Below, one piece after another: positions 10,960 to 24,523 of a stretch of 64,000 nucleotides of DNA. The translations under genes were made by a program, and so were the position numbers. Positions within the stretch are counted from its first letter, which is position 1, and each line of letters starts with the position of its first letter. Source of the stretch: Octopus vulgaris (Eukaryota); the NCBI GenBank assembly GCA_951406725.2, contig OX597814.1, forward strand, positions 206,770,001 through 206,834,000. The letters are read 5' to 3'. Under the pieces are notes generated by a model. It was given only the letters and a program-made list of their open reading frames with translations, did not search any database and was not told the origin of the DNA.

Positions 10960-12040
10960 TGAACAGTTAGTGGTGTTCTGTATTGAGCCGTGTGTTCATA
11001 TTTAGTTGGGGGAGAAGTTTATTGATGAAAAATGCCTCGTTATTCAACCTTTGTTGCATTGTTGTGTTCTGTGAACATTGGTAAAAGGGAAATATTTGGA
11101 AATTGGGATTAAGATTCCTGGCACACCTTTCTATGTGTTCACTCACCTTTAACTGTCTGTGTTGTGGGTGACGGATTTGCTCTTTGTGAATGGTGATTCT
11201 TTGACGGAGCGAAATTCCTGTTTGTCCAATATAGAGTTTACCACATCCTATGCATGTCATAACATAGATTAAATTTACTGAGTCCCAGGTGAAATTTGAT
11301 TTGATCTTAAATATTTCTTCTGTTTGAATTGGAATTCTGAACCCTCCAGAAGGTGGGGGCATGTTCCACAGTTAGAACGTCCACATTTTGTCACTTTTGG
11401 CTCTGTTGTTAGTGGATACAGTCTAGCGCTGGTTAATATTTTTTTCAGTGACTTCGGTTGCTTTTTGCTTTTTATAATTTTATATGAGCTTAAAATTTCG
11501 TTCATTGTTTTGTCTGCTGTGAGGATGGGAAGGTTTTGGGTGATGATGTTGAAGGCTTCGTTGTTTCTGGGGTTATGTGTGGAAATGTACGGGAGTATTT
11601 TTAAGTCTGGTTTAGTATTTCGGCTAGTTTTCCTTAACATTTGTATATCTATTTCCTTAGCTCTTTTGATGCCTTCATTTACTAATGAGATTCAGTAATG
11701 TCTTTTAGTTAGTGTAGATCTAAGTTCAAGGAGTCTTTGTTCACGAGTGTATGTATCCGAAATGATGGTGCAGATTCTTTTCGCCAGATTAAAGGGTATA
11801 TTAATTTTTATGTGTTTGGGGTGGAAGGAGTTAAATGGTAGGTATTGTTTAGAATCTGTGGGTTTATAAAAGATGTCTGTTTCTATGTGGTTGTTAACTA
11901 TTCTAATTAAGATGTCTAGAAAAGGGAGTTGCTTACTGTTGTGTTCCATAGTAAATTGTATATTGCTGTGTATGTTGTTGAGCATTCTTTTAAAGCAATC
12001 ATCTAAATATCTCTTCCAGTCCTCCTTTAAGTAGCAATTA
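10960..12040 (-). mobile_element. Penelope-like relic (RT C-terminus + GIY-YIG)
   Basis: RYLDD, LPFLDILI...FYKPTDSKQYL, CGRSNCGTC, NLIYVMTCIGCGKLYIGQTG. Confidence 0.88.
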
Positions 12041-13117
12041 AAAGAGGCGCTATATTTTTTTTAGTGATGATTGGTATTCCAAATTAAGCGTAATCAATTC
12101 GAAATTAAGCGTATTCCAAATGAGGAGAGGATCAACAAAGAAAATTAAGAGAGAAACTTACACTGGAAAAAATGAAGACAGAAATAGAAGTCCTTAAGCA
12201 TAGAGTACTAAGCAATGAACAAAAAGTTAAAAACATAGATGGGGAAAACATAGATGCACACACACACACACACACATATATATACATATATATATATATA
12301 TAATGTGTGCATTACGTAGTCGGTTGATTCAGCTGAAAATATGCACACCTATGTTAAAAGTGTTGGAAAGTTTGCATGACAACTATTTTTTCCCTCAAAT
12401 GAAAGGCGTCACCTCTAGGACAAAATTCTTCATCTTATAAAATGTGGTTCCCCAGTAGACCCGAATGAAATCGGGTTATATTAACCAAAATGTGAAAAGG
12501 GGTCTAAATGGGGCTGGAAGGGGATTAAAATTTCAAGGAGCGGGTGTTTAGGAATTCTCTGTTACATCAAGCTAAAAAATTTGCGCCAGCCTTTTAATCG
12601 TCAATGTGTTGCCGTTCATGATAAAGAAGTCTTGAATGCTTGCCATGGTGAGTCTACTGTCGTGAGAAAGAATCACTTCAAAACTTGGGGTTTACGAATT
12701 TTCTTTTACATCAAGTTCAAAATTTTACGCCAGCCGTTAAACTGTCAATACGTTGCTGTCCGTCGTTAAGAAATGCCAGCCATGGTGACTCTACTATCCT
12801 CAGATTCTATCCCTTCAAACTTTGGTTTCCAATATTTTATTATTTTTATTCAGCTCGCAAGTTCGTCTGTCCCTTTTAAATGTTAGCGTTTTGCTGTCTG
12901 CCTTGAAGCAGACCTTTCCGTTGCCACTGCCTGATATTTATGATTGATCTTTCTAAATATTTTATTTCTCAACTTACTCAAGATCTTCTGTTGTTTATAA
13001 ATGGGAGAGAGATAGATAAAGATAGAGAGTAAGAGAAAGCGAGGGAGAGTCCGAGAGAAAAGAAAAGTAAGAGAGTGGGAAAGTGAGAGAGAAAGGAGAG
13101 AGAAACAAAGACGGAGA

Positions 13118-13420
13118 ATCATCATCATCGTATAACGTCCGTTTTCCGTGCTAGCACGGGTTGGACAGTGTTACCGGGGTCTGGGAAGCCAGGAGGCTGC
13201 ACCAGGCTCCAGTCTGATCTGGCAGTGTTTCTACAGCTGGATGACCTTCCTAACGCCAACCACTCTGTGAGTGTAGTGGGTGCTTTTTTCGTGCCGACGG
13301 CACAGGTGCCAGGGGGCTCGCAGCGGCAACGATCGGTTGGTGCTTTTTACGTGCCACCGGCACAGAAGCAAGTCAAGGCGGCGCTGCAATCGGCCACGTT
13401 CGGATGGTGCTTTTTACGTG
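13118..13420 (-). mobile_element. RTE 3' tail fragment
   Basis: Same tail sequence, with (CAT)n at the left end. Confidence 0.8.
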
Positions 13421-14303
13421 CTGAAAGGAAACAACAGAAAGTAACAACCACACTCTTACCCGCGCGTAGAGCGGGTCACCTTCAGCTAGTATATATATAT
13501 ATATATATATATATAAGGACAGCTGTGTGAAGAAGTGTCACACCCTAACAGTGGGGGAAACCTGTGGAAGAGGTTGACCCAAGAAGACCTGGGCTTCACA
13601 GAGTCAATGACAAGTGATCGAGACGTTTGGAGATATTCTATGCTTGAGAAGACCCAGCTTCGTTCATTCTACTCTTCGTTCTTTCGTTTCCCCTTTCTCA
13701 TATTTCCTGGCGTTCTCTTCATGCTTGCTTTCCCCCACCTTCGATTCACTGTGTTCTTTTCCTTTTTCTCGTCCCTCTTTAATTCTTCTATTGCTTTGGC
13801 CCTACCTTTCTCTCTTCTCTCCCCATGTGACTTGCCTTCGGCCAAGCCTGACCTTTCTTTCTTGGTTCCATCCGTGCAACATCTATATTCCTCCCTATCC
13901 CTGACAAATCTTGTCCCTACCGTAAGGCTTTACTTCCACACCAGCCAGCTTAATTTAATTCGTCCTTCGTTGAAAGAAACCTGTTGTTATGTCCTGTTAT
14001 TTGCATTTGTATTTGTGTAACATTCTCCGTTTTTTTTTGTCCTTGTTTTCGTATTCATTCGCTGCTTTCTTCCAAGGAATCGAATACTCTTAGCTTAGTT
14101 TTTCCTTGGGGCTGACCAGATTGGAGCAATCTCGAGTATAACCAGCTGAAATTGCAAAGTTAATCTGGAACTCGACTGAGGAAAAAAAACTCCGAATGAC
14201 CCGTCCTTGTTTTCTTTGTATCATTTATCTGGATGTTTTGCTGTTTTGTTGTCCATTTTTTGTATCACCTAACTCGATGTTTTACGTTCTTGACCCATTT
14301 TCG

Positions 14304-14360
<57 letters not shown>

Positions 14361-14452
14361 TGAGTGTATTTTTACCTTGTTAACAATTAACACGGAAAAA
14401 AAAAATAGTTACCAGGGCAGCAAAAATCTCACAAGTAAAGGTGTAACTCCTT

Positions 14453-14500
<48 letters not shown>

Positions 14501-14548
14501 CCATGATAGATTGCTAGCCACTACACATTCTTTATTTCTCTCCTTGTT

Positions 14549-14586
14549 TCTTTCTGTGGAAGAGTGTAGGCTCGAAACGTTAAAGA
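14549..14586 (+). ncRNA. Minimal hammerhead-ribozyme-like motif (CUGUGGA core variant)
   Basis: TCTTT-CTGTGGA-A-GAGT GTAG GCTC-GAA-ACGT-T-AAAGA. Confidence 0.55.
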
Positions 14587-14699
14587 CTTTTTCACTTCCG
14601 GAGCGTTATACTAATAATCTGTTTGTTGTCTACACCACCTGTCTTCGTCTTTTGTCTTTTTTTTTTCATGAATTCTCCTTATATATATATAAATATATA

Positions 14700-15510
14700 T
14701 ACAGGTAGTCCGCAGGCAAATAGCATTAGTTAGCTATGAATTACAAATTTGCATATTCCTGCTAGAAATATGAGCTAAAGTCCTAATTAAACCACGGTAC
14801 AGCACCAAGATAACAGAGAAAAACAGTATGCGAGGAAAAAGGAAAGAATTTATATATTCAAAAACATAAAATAAAATATTATGCAGTTTAGGACATCCAC
14901 ATAGCCGGACTTCGGCTTTTGGATATTCTATCTTTGAGCCTCCTCAGTATGAACTACCTAGTAAAAATTCACGACCGTCATGTTAAACTCGTTATGCTTC
15001 ATGCAAATTTGTAATTCATTGCTAAATAGTGCTATTTACCTGTGGACCACCTATGTTACAGCTGTTGATATCATCAATTTTAAACTTTATCCACAGATGA
15101 TATTAACAATAGTGACATCTAATTTCAAATCTTAGTGCTTGAATGTTTTGCTTATAATTTTTCTGCACTGCTCTATTTTTTGGCGCAAAACAAAACCAGT
15201 TGCACTGTCAGAGTTTAACATAACAGTCGGAGTTTAATGTGACGGTCGTAAATTTTTACTAGGTAGTTCACACTGAAGAGACTCAAGGATTGAATATCCA
15301 AAAGCCGAAGTCCGGGTATGTGGACATAAAAGATTATGCAGTTTAGGAAACTGCATAATCTTTTATTTTGTACTTTTGAATGTATTAATTCTTTGTTTTC
15401 CTCGCATACTGTTTTTCTCTGTTATCTTGGTGCTGTACGGTAGATTAATTTAAAACTTTAGCCCTTATTTCTAGCAGGTGTATTCTTTTAAGTATCCTTA
15501 TGCTTCGTGC
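14700..15510. repeat. Nested inverted repeats between (TA)n tracts, probable Penelope-like terminal repeat
   Basis: 14758-14990 is the revcomp of ~15230-15478, and 14702-14754 is the revcomp of ~15000-15052. Confidence 0.75.
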
Positions 15511-15512
15511 AA

Positions 15513-15573
<61 letters not shown>

Positions 15574-15591
15574 CATATATATATATATATG

Positions 15592-15645
<54 letters not shown>

Positions 15646-15654
15646 ATATATATA

Positions 15655-15730
<76 letters not shown>

Positions 15731-16464
15731 ACGGTAATGTTTTTAGTTGAAGTCGGGGTTACCAATTGTAACAGTTTAACAATAATTGACAAACAATAGG
15801 ATTGAACGTCGGAGTCGTCACCAATTGTAACAATTCTTCGTTGCAGTTGAGCGTCACCAAATTGTAACGGTAGTGTTGGTTGCCAGTATGCAAGATGAAA
15901 AAAGAACAGCGACCGAAGTTTTAAAGAAAGTTATTTACTGTTACTTTGTATATATCGAAAACCACGACGGGAAAAGCATGCAAGCTAAAATAGTTAATTT
16001 CGGTCTGTATGTGTGTACACGATCTCATAGTAGTATATATAGAGAGATATGGTAATGTTACAGAGAAAAGAAAGTGAGTTAGTGCAAGTTATAGCGTGTC
16101 TCATAGTTGGCTGATTGTAACCTTTCTCCCTCTGGCCATTTGGTCTCAAGTGGCTGCCTGCTTGTGACTATGATTCTAGTTGTCCGTTCACTAATTTTGC
16201 CTTGCCAAATTCTAGTATTTATAACTATCCAAAACCAGTTAGAAATATGGACATAATGCTGAGAACAATAGATTTCGTTGGTGGTACCTGTTATCTCTAT
16301 TCTAGCTTTTGGTGAAATAGAAGAGGTTAGAAGGGTCGAGTGGCAAAAACATTCTTCTGCTTAGCGAAAGCGTTTGGTAAATGTAACTGCTGTCACTAAC
16401 ACAAAACTATTGTTTTACCGTGAGAAAAATTTGACCTGACTTCATGCTTGCATGACGCTAATAT

Positions 16465-16785
16465 ATACTCTTTACTCTTTTACTTGTTCCAGTCATTTGA
16501 CTGCGGCCATGCTGGAGCACCACCTTTTAGTACTTATTCTATCGGTCTCTTTTTGCCGAACCGCTAAGTGACGGGGACCTAAACACACCAGCATCGGTTG
16601 TCAAGCAATGCTAGGGGGACAAACACAGACACACAAACACACACACATATACATATATATACATATATACGACAGGCTTCTTTCAGTTTCCGTCTACCAA
16701 ATCCACTCACAAGGCATTGGTCGGCCCGGGGCTATAGCAGAAGACACTTGCCCAAGATGCCACGCAGTGGGACTGAACCCGCAAC
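16465..16785 (-). mobile_element. tRNA-derived SINE (5'-truncated)
   Basis: Shares body (ggttcagtcccactgcgtggc...gtagacggaaactgaaagaagcc) and (aagagtaa)n tail with other copies in the window. Confidence 0.85.
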
Positions 16786-16786
16786 C

Positions 16787-16824
<38 letters not shown>

Positions 16825-16994
16825 CAGTTTTGGGGTTAATAGATATGTGGGTATTATATATCAGATAATACAAAAAATAACCTAATGTGTATATCTGAAG
16901 GTAAACTTGTGGTATCCATTAATAATAATACTTAAAGAATTTAACCATTATAACAGCAGGATATATACTATACTTCCTTTATTGTCTCCTACTT

Positions 16995-17388
16995 TAGTTA
17001 ATGCTAAATAAATAAATAAAGCTTGTTCACTCTTAGAATTCCTAAATAGCTGGTAGTATTATTTTGGTATGCTACCAATTCTAGTCTTGGGTATTCCTTA
17101 TGTGTGAAAATTATAAGTAAAAGAGTCAAAAGGAAGAGTAAGTACGGTTGGCTCCTTTGAAAGGAACCATGGCTCTGGTAGCATGTAAATCTAGATTTAC
17201 TTACAGAGACAGCAACTGAGTATTTCCCGAGGAGACACATAGATATCTTCTTACACAGGTAAATTGTTACATAATTTAATTTAAATATAAATCCTGTATA
17301 TATGTCGATCTGTATGTATCGACACATTCGTAGTGATTATTAAAGAGCTGCCAACCGTACTTACTCTTCCTTTTGACTCTTTTACTTT

Positions 17389-17465
<77 letters not shown>

Positions 17466-17850
17466 GTAAAAGAGTCAAAAGGAAGAGTAAGTACGGTTGG
17501 CATCTCTTTAATAATCACTACGAATGTGTCGATACATACAGATCGACATATATACAGGATTTATATTTAAATTAAATTATGTAACAATTTACCTGTGTAA
17601 GAAGATATCTATGTGTCTCCTCGGGAAATACTCAGTTGCTGTCTCTGTAAGTAAATCTAGATTTACATGCTACCAGAGCCATGGTTCCTTTCAAAGGAGC
17701 CAACCGTACTTACTCTTCCTTTTGACTCTTTTACTTATAATTTTCACACATAAGGAATACCCAAGACTAGAATTAGTAGCATACCAAAATAATACTACCA
17801 GCTATTTAGGAATTCTAAGAGTGAACACATTCATTTATTTAGCATTAACA
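16995..17850. repeat. ~850-bp near-perfect palindrome centred on (CA)n(TA)n(TG)n
   Basis: 16995-17390 is the revcomp of 17461-17850; the ORF track gives identical peptides on the two strands (17004..17327- and 17524..17898+). Confidence 0.95.
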
Positions 17851-17852
17851 AA

Positions 17853-17900
<48 letters not shown>

Positions 17901-17979
17901 GTTAAAAATTATTAAAAATAATAATTTGTACTTATGGCTAGCTTGCGCAAAAAATGTGTGTAGACCATAAATATTTTCA

Positions 17980-18495
17980 TAATATATACGTGTGTATAAA
18001 ATTACGCAGGAAGAGGAGAACCACTAAGTGGTCTTCTTGCATGCTGAAAACAAATCTCCAAGCCATGAAAAACGTTTTTATTTATAGCACGTTAGATGTA
18101 GTCATGCAAGACAATTTGAAAGAATTAAAAAGACCAGTTATTCCTATACCTCGAAGTATCACCATTAATGATTGAATAAATAAATAAATCATTCTATGGA
18201 TCTTCATTAGAAACTGCTGGGGACGTATAAGTATAAAATTCAAATATATACCATATCCCAAAGGCAACACGTACTTGATTAAATAAGTGATTAATTAATT
18301 TAGTGATTAATGATGAAACTTCGAGGTATAGGAATAACTGGTCTTAATTCTTTCAAAATGTCTTGCCCGCCTACATTCAACGTGCTATAAATAAAAATGT
18401 TTTTCCGTAGTTTGAGATTTGACATCTCTTTTCATCATGCAAGGAGACCACTTAATGGCTCTCCTCTTTGTGTGTAATTTTATACACACGTATAC
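17980..18495. repeat. Diverged inverted repeat (~200-bp arms)
   Basis: tatacgtgtgtataaaattac...tacctcgaagtatcaccattaat vs attaatgatgaaacttcgaggta...gtaattttatacacacgtata. Confidence 0.75.
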
Positions 18496-18719
18496 ATACA
18501 TAAAGAGAAACACAACTGGTTTTAAATCTCTGAGAGAGAAATAAGTAGTAACAGTACTGTATATTAAAGTCTGTTTGCCAACGTAAAATAACAGTCCTGT
18601 TTAGTTACTACTGTTTAGCCCCATGAAAATATTTTGGTATTTCTCTAGGGATAAACAATAGTAGCATCGTCCTTAGTAGGATTGCCACTTTATGTTGGCA
18701 AATAGACTTTAATATAAGA

Positions 18720-21390
18720 TTTATGAACTTATCCGCCAAGAATATTATGACTGATTATAACATAGAAGAGAAAATTGAACCTTTCGCTCCTTCCAGGCGT
18801 CGCATAACAATCAAGGACCACAAAGGAAATTTCTTAACGGACATTAAAGTTAGACTAATCTGCTCTAATAAATCTGACCTATACAAGCTAAGTAAATTAA
18901 TCTTAGATAAATATATTCCTACAATAAAATAAATAAGATTACTCTAGAATTATGGTCAAATACCCACGATGCCCTACATACAGAATAAAAATAGTTATAA
19001 ATTCTTACAAATGGACATAGACAACTACTATTCATCAATTAATCCTGCGGTCCTAAATAGCGTTCTGATTTTCGCTAAAAACACCAAATTGACTATGAAT
19101 CAAATTAAGGTAATCATAGAAGCTAGGAAATCTATAAAATTCGATAATGAGCAGTAGGTAAGGAAGGACGCCGCCAATTATTTCAACATCATAATGGGGG
19201 CTCCAGACTTGGCACAGGTATCTAATTTAGTGCGTATTTGCCTATTTACACGATGAATTCCCAGAGAATAGGGGAGGCCTTTACAGAGATGATGCACTAT
19301 TTATCCTTAAAAACACCTCTAATAGGAGGCTTGAACTATTAAAGAAAAATTATACAAGTTCTTTAAACGGTTTGTATTAACTATCACAATAGAAAAGAGT
19401 ATAATTTTATTAACTATTTAGACGTCAATTGTCATTTAAACGAACCATACATTAAACCTAATACCACCTCAAATATATAAATGCACAACAACCACCCAAA
19501 CTTTATAAAAAGAGGACTTGTTCAGAGCATTAGTAAAAGAATTTCGTATCTCTCGTCTAACGAAGATATCTATAACATTGCATTGGAAAAAGCGGGCTAT
19601 AAGCAAAAAATTAATTATCTTTACTCGGAGCTTAATAAAAATAGCCCGAATAATAAAAATATCTATAATTATAATAATAGTAATAATAGTCACAATGTCT
19701 ATGATAATAATCATAAAAATTATATAACAATAATTGCAGTAATAATAAAAATAGTAGGAAGAACAATAAGATCCTCAACAATATTAATAACATTAGCTAT
19801 GATGTCCCAACTTGCCGAAGATACTCTTAAAGTTTCATAAATTTCCATATCTTAGCTATGCTACGTCCCCCACCTCCCAAAAGTCTTGAGTTCTGTACAT
19901 AAATTCGCCCATACACTGGAATTTTGGCGAGCTTGCCCGCCTTCCTCCCCCTCTATCTCTCTCTCTCCTCTTCCAATAGGTTCTTAGTACTACTGAAATC
20001 ATTCAAACAATGGCATGGTTCACTTTACAGCTCCCCCAAAATGAGCAAGCTTTTCTAGTACTTTCTTTGTTCGCTTAAACTTTGAGATGTTTATAGATAT
20101 TATATTCTATTGTTTATAAACGTCGATATCTTAGCTATGATGTCCTAACTTACCGAAGATATTCTTAAAATTTCATAAATTTCCATATCTTAGCTATGCT
20201 ACGTCCCCCCATCAAATCTAGTTCTGTACATAAATTCGCTCACATGTTGGAATTTTGGCGAGCTTGCCTGCCTCCCTCTTCGTCTCCCCTTCTCTATCCT
20301 CTTTCAATGGGTTCTCAGTGCTGCGGTAATCAATCAAACAATGGCATGGTTCACTTTACAGCTACCCCAAAAATGAGTAAACATTTTCTAATAGTAATAA
20401 TAAAACATCTAAAAGAACCAATAAAGTCCTTGTTAGCAATTATAATGCCAAGGAAACTAAAATAAATAAATCAAATAGGATCAATCCTAACAAAGCTGAT
20501 AGCAATAAAATAACAACAGGAAGAACAATAATAATTATTACCATAAATTTACGATCTACAATAATACTGGGGCAGATTTTACATAAAAAACAAAAATATT
20601 AAGAATAACAAGCGGGAAAATGATAACATCTGGCTAATAATCCCCTTCGCGATGCAACTAAAAACCAATATAGTTAAATCTAGAATGAGCCTTATACATA
20701 GGCATTTTAATATGAATAAGAAATGCTCAGAAATCTTTAGTAATAAAATTAGAATAGGCCATAAGCAAATTAGCAACCTAGCTACTATTACAGCCTCTAT
20801 TAACAATACAAAGCTAGACTCTTTCTACGAAACTAGGAAGAACAACAATAATAACTACAACAACCAATCGATTGATATAATAAGCGATCCCCCAAATAAC
20901 TCGCTCTCTAAAAATACGGACAACCACCTTATAAAAGATAATCCCCCTCACCATATTACAAACACATAAAATCTTACTAATCTATGTGGTTGCAGAGATG
21001 AAAATACTTGTGAATTCATAAATGAATGTAAAACTAAGAATGTAATGTGATGTATTCTCCAATAATTATAACAAGACTTATATAGGAGCAACTAAAAATG
21101 AAATGAAACTTAGAAATAATTCCCATCTCTCAAGCTTCAAGAATAGAAATAAAGCTAATTCTACCATATTAAACACTTACATCTGGGAACTTAAAGATAA
21201 TAACATTATAGATTAGAACAGCACATCTTTACCAAAACATCTTCATACGACCTTAAAAATAAACGTTGAAATTTATGCATAAACGAGAAATTTTTTCATT
21301 TTAATGGCCAAATCAGAATTACTAAATAAACAAGACGAGAAAAACCAAGCATGCTTACATAAAGACAAGGTTTTCTCTAAATACCGCTAA
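18720..21390 (+). mobile_element. Penelope-like relic with Asn-rich linker
   Basis: MDIDNYYSSI, MGAPDLAQ, GGLYRDD, NYLDVN, HNNHP, and a GIY-YIG part YIGATKNE...YIWELKD; many stops and frameshifts. Confidence 0.8.
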
Positions 21391-22247
21391 TACCTATCTT
21401 TACATTACAGTTTATTAGCTGACTTGTCTAACCTTTGACCATACCCTTTACTACATACCCCCTTTTATCATGAATTACCATTGTATTCAAATTACTTTGA
21501 CTCACTGAATTATTCACCTTAGATGCACGATGTACACTCGCAGCTATAATTCTCTTTAATAATATTCACATTAACGTTAACTCACTCACATACCAACTGC
21601 TTGCCTTGCAATTAACATATATACGATTAAAAGAGCATGTTATATAATTCTAACTGAGTTGATTTGTTTTAATTGTATTAACGAGTAGTAAACCCTGGCC
21701 ACACATAACAGCACTTTGTTTGTTTGTTATACCTATTTATGTAACCCAGATTTATACCATATATCGCACTCAAACTTTTAATGGAATCCTTAATTTTTAA
21801 CTAGGGCATTATTTCTAATCATAGGGACTTATACAAAGGGTTCAAATAGCGTTATATGCTGCGATTAATGGCACCAGATATTACTGCCAGGTATAGCACT
21901 TTCGACTAACACGGCGGTCAACTGGTCATTTCTCCCACTTCCTGCTCCATTCATTTACTTGAAGCAACTGTACGCACACGAGCTATCTTTTAAGGAGACA
22001 AAAATGTAAGCCTAAAGATCTAACAAATTTTTTCTTTTTTCTTCTGTCAACCTTCGTTCTCTTGTTAATATTCTTCTCATAAAGTTCAAATCATTCTGAT
22101 GTTTGTTACATGGAACGTAATAAATGCAGGTTAACTTCAAAAATAACAAACTGGAAAAGGTGTAAATGTTATTTTAACCTTAATTAACCTATGATCATTC
22201 AATACTAATGATCAACTTCTAATTGTTACATCTGCTCCATTTTTTCT

Positions 22248-22289
<42 letters not shown>

Positions 22290-22290
<1 letters not shown>

Positions 22291-22460
22291 TGGCTTAGGA
22301 GTGGCTATATGGTAAGTAGCTTGCTTACCAACCACATGGTTCCGTGTTCAGTCCTACTGCGTGGCACCTTGGGCAGGTGTCTTCTACAATAGCGTCGGGC
22401 TGACCAAAGCCTTGTGAGTGGATTTGGTAGAGGGAAACTGAAAGAAACCTGTCGTATGTA
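22290..22460 (+). mobile_element. tRNA-derived SINE, 5' half
   Basis: ggagtggct...ggtaagtagcttgcttaccaaccacatggttcc head with A/B-box-like motifs. Confidence 0.85.
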
Positions 22461-22470
22461 TGTATGTATG

Positions 22471-22523
<53 letters not shown>

Positions 22524-22744
22524 TAGAAAAAGACCTCCTTTTGTCAATTCAATAATGAAAAAAATTTACTTACACCATATAGAAAAAATTACATCCTATA
22601 GGAAAAAATAAAATATAAAATAAAAACATATACCAATAATTAAGTAATGTACAAAATAATAAATAAAGCGTATATATTTGGTAAGATGACTACACGCGTT
22701 TCGTGTAGTCATTATGGGTGAGGAAGGATACTAGGAACTGTTTT

Positions 22745-24200
22745 GATATACCTATGGGGGCACCAGATTCTGCATAGGCTACTGATTTAGTAGGTATTTA
22801 TTTATTATGAGAACTTCAATTAGAAAATTTAAAATTGGAGGGTGGTTTATATAGGGATGACCTTTTATTATTGACTAAGAATTGTACAAATAGAAAATTT
22901 GAATTATACAAGAAACTTTGTAATTTCTTTAAAAGATTACTATTTATAATGAGAATTATAATGTTAATTATTTAGATGTTAATTATTTAGATGTTAATTT
23001 TAATTTAATAACGGGCAAAACCCAACCATTCCATAAAATTAATGAAAATCTTAGATATATTAATGCTTATAGTAATCATCCAACTTCTGTTAAAAAATCA
23101 TTGATAAATAATGTAGGTAAAAGAATATCATTACCTTCTTATGATATAGATATTTTAAATAAAAATGCACCTTATTATAATAAAGCCCTGCATGAAGCAG
23201 TATATAATAATATTATTATATTCTTTAATACTTGTAAACATAATTATAATTTGAAGGAGTCTAATATAAATGATTTTTATAATGATAAACCTAATTATCT
23301 GAATTATGATAAGTTTTATTTAGGTAACTATGGTCTTAATAATAATAGGTATTTTGATAATATAAAACATATATTTAATAATGGATAAAAAAATGGAAAA
23401 TAAAAATATTAATAATCATATAAGTAAAAATAAAAATAAAATAAGATGAAATTTTATTCAATTATTGATGATAATAAATTTAATAATATTACAAAAAATA
23501 TAATAATAATAATATAAAAAATAAGGTAAAAACAAATGTTATTAAAAATTTTTTAAATATAATTGACATATTCATTAGGGATAATAAAAAATATTAAAAC
23601 ATTTTTTCTAACAATAATTTTTGTGTTGGGTATTAAATTACTAATACTGTTGGTAATATTATTCCTTCCTTTAATAAATTTAAATTAAATTAATTCTACA
23701 AAAATAAATTAGATAATGATTCCAATAATAATAATAATAATAAAGACCATGATATAATTTATTGTACATGTAGAGATAAGGCTACATTTAAATTTATAAT
23801 AATTGTAATTTGGATAATGTAGTTTGTAAATGTATGGTAACTTTAGTGGATGATAATAATTTGAATGATTATAATTTAAACGCTATTTATATAGGGTGGA
23901 CTTCGAATAAAATTAAATTAAGAGTAGCTCAACATATGTATTCTTCTAGGAATAGAAATCTAATAAATTCAACAGGCCTCAGTAAATATATTTGGGAACT
24001 TAAATCTAAATGTATTAAATATAAATAAACTTGGGAGAAAATTTGCAAGGCAAAATCTTATTGTATAGAGAGTAATTCTTGTTTATTCTGTAATAATGAA
24101 TTTAAGGAAATATTATTTAGTAATAAATATGTATTGCTAAATTCATTGGATGAGCATAAAATTAAATGTAAGCATAAATTAAATTACCTATATAATAGGT
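22745..24200 (+). mobile_element. Extremely AT-rich Penelope-like relic, same lineage as 18720-21390
   Basis: IPMGAPDSA, GGLYRDDLL, NYLDVNF, YSNHP, IYIGWTSNKIKLRVAQH...KYIWELK. Confidence 0.78.
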
Positions 24201-24523
24201 TTAGCTTAGCTAATAAATATCAAAATATAGTAATATAAATTAATTTAAATATAATATATATATATATTTTTTACTTAATAATTATTTGAACTTCAATTTA
24301 TAGTAAATAGTCATTTAAAATTAAAAGCAAATATAAATTTATTTACCTATAGATATGTTTAGCTAATTGTCCATTTATATAAAACATTATTTTATTTTAT
24401 GCTACTTATTTCTTGTAGATATAATTTAGTAGTATTAGTGTATAAATTAGTATGTTATTATATGTTATATTAATATATTGAATAATTTTAAACTTGGATA
24501 TTTCTTAATAAATAAATTATCAT

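Noticed and set aside
15445-15792. YIYI-rich ORFs here and elsewhere
   Set aside because: Translations of (TA)n microsatellites.
15720-16460. Possible non-autonomous DNA or rolling-circle element (also 12300-13110 and 26230-26580)
   Set aside because: Looks repeat-like, but I could not identify termini, target duplications or coding motifs.
22290-22370. tRNA-like heads of the SINE copies
   Set aside because: No complete cloverleaf, and they continue into SINE body, unlike the tRNA at 27078.
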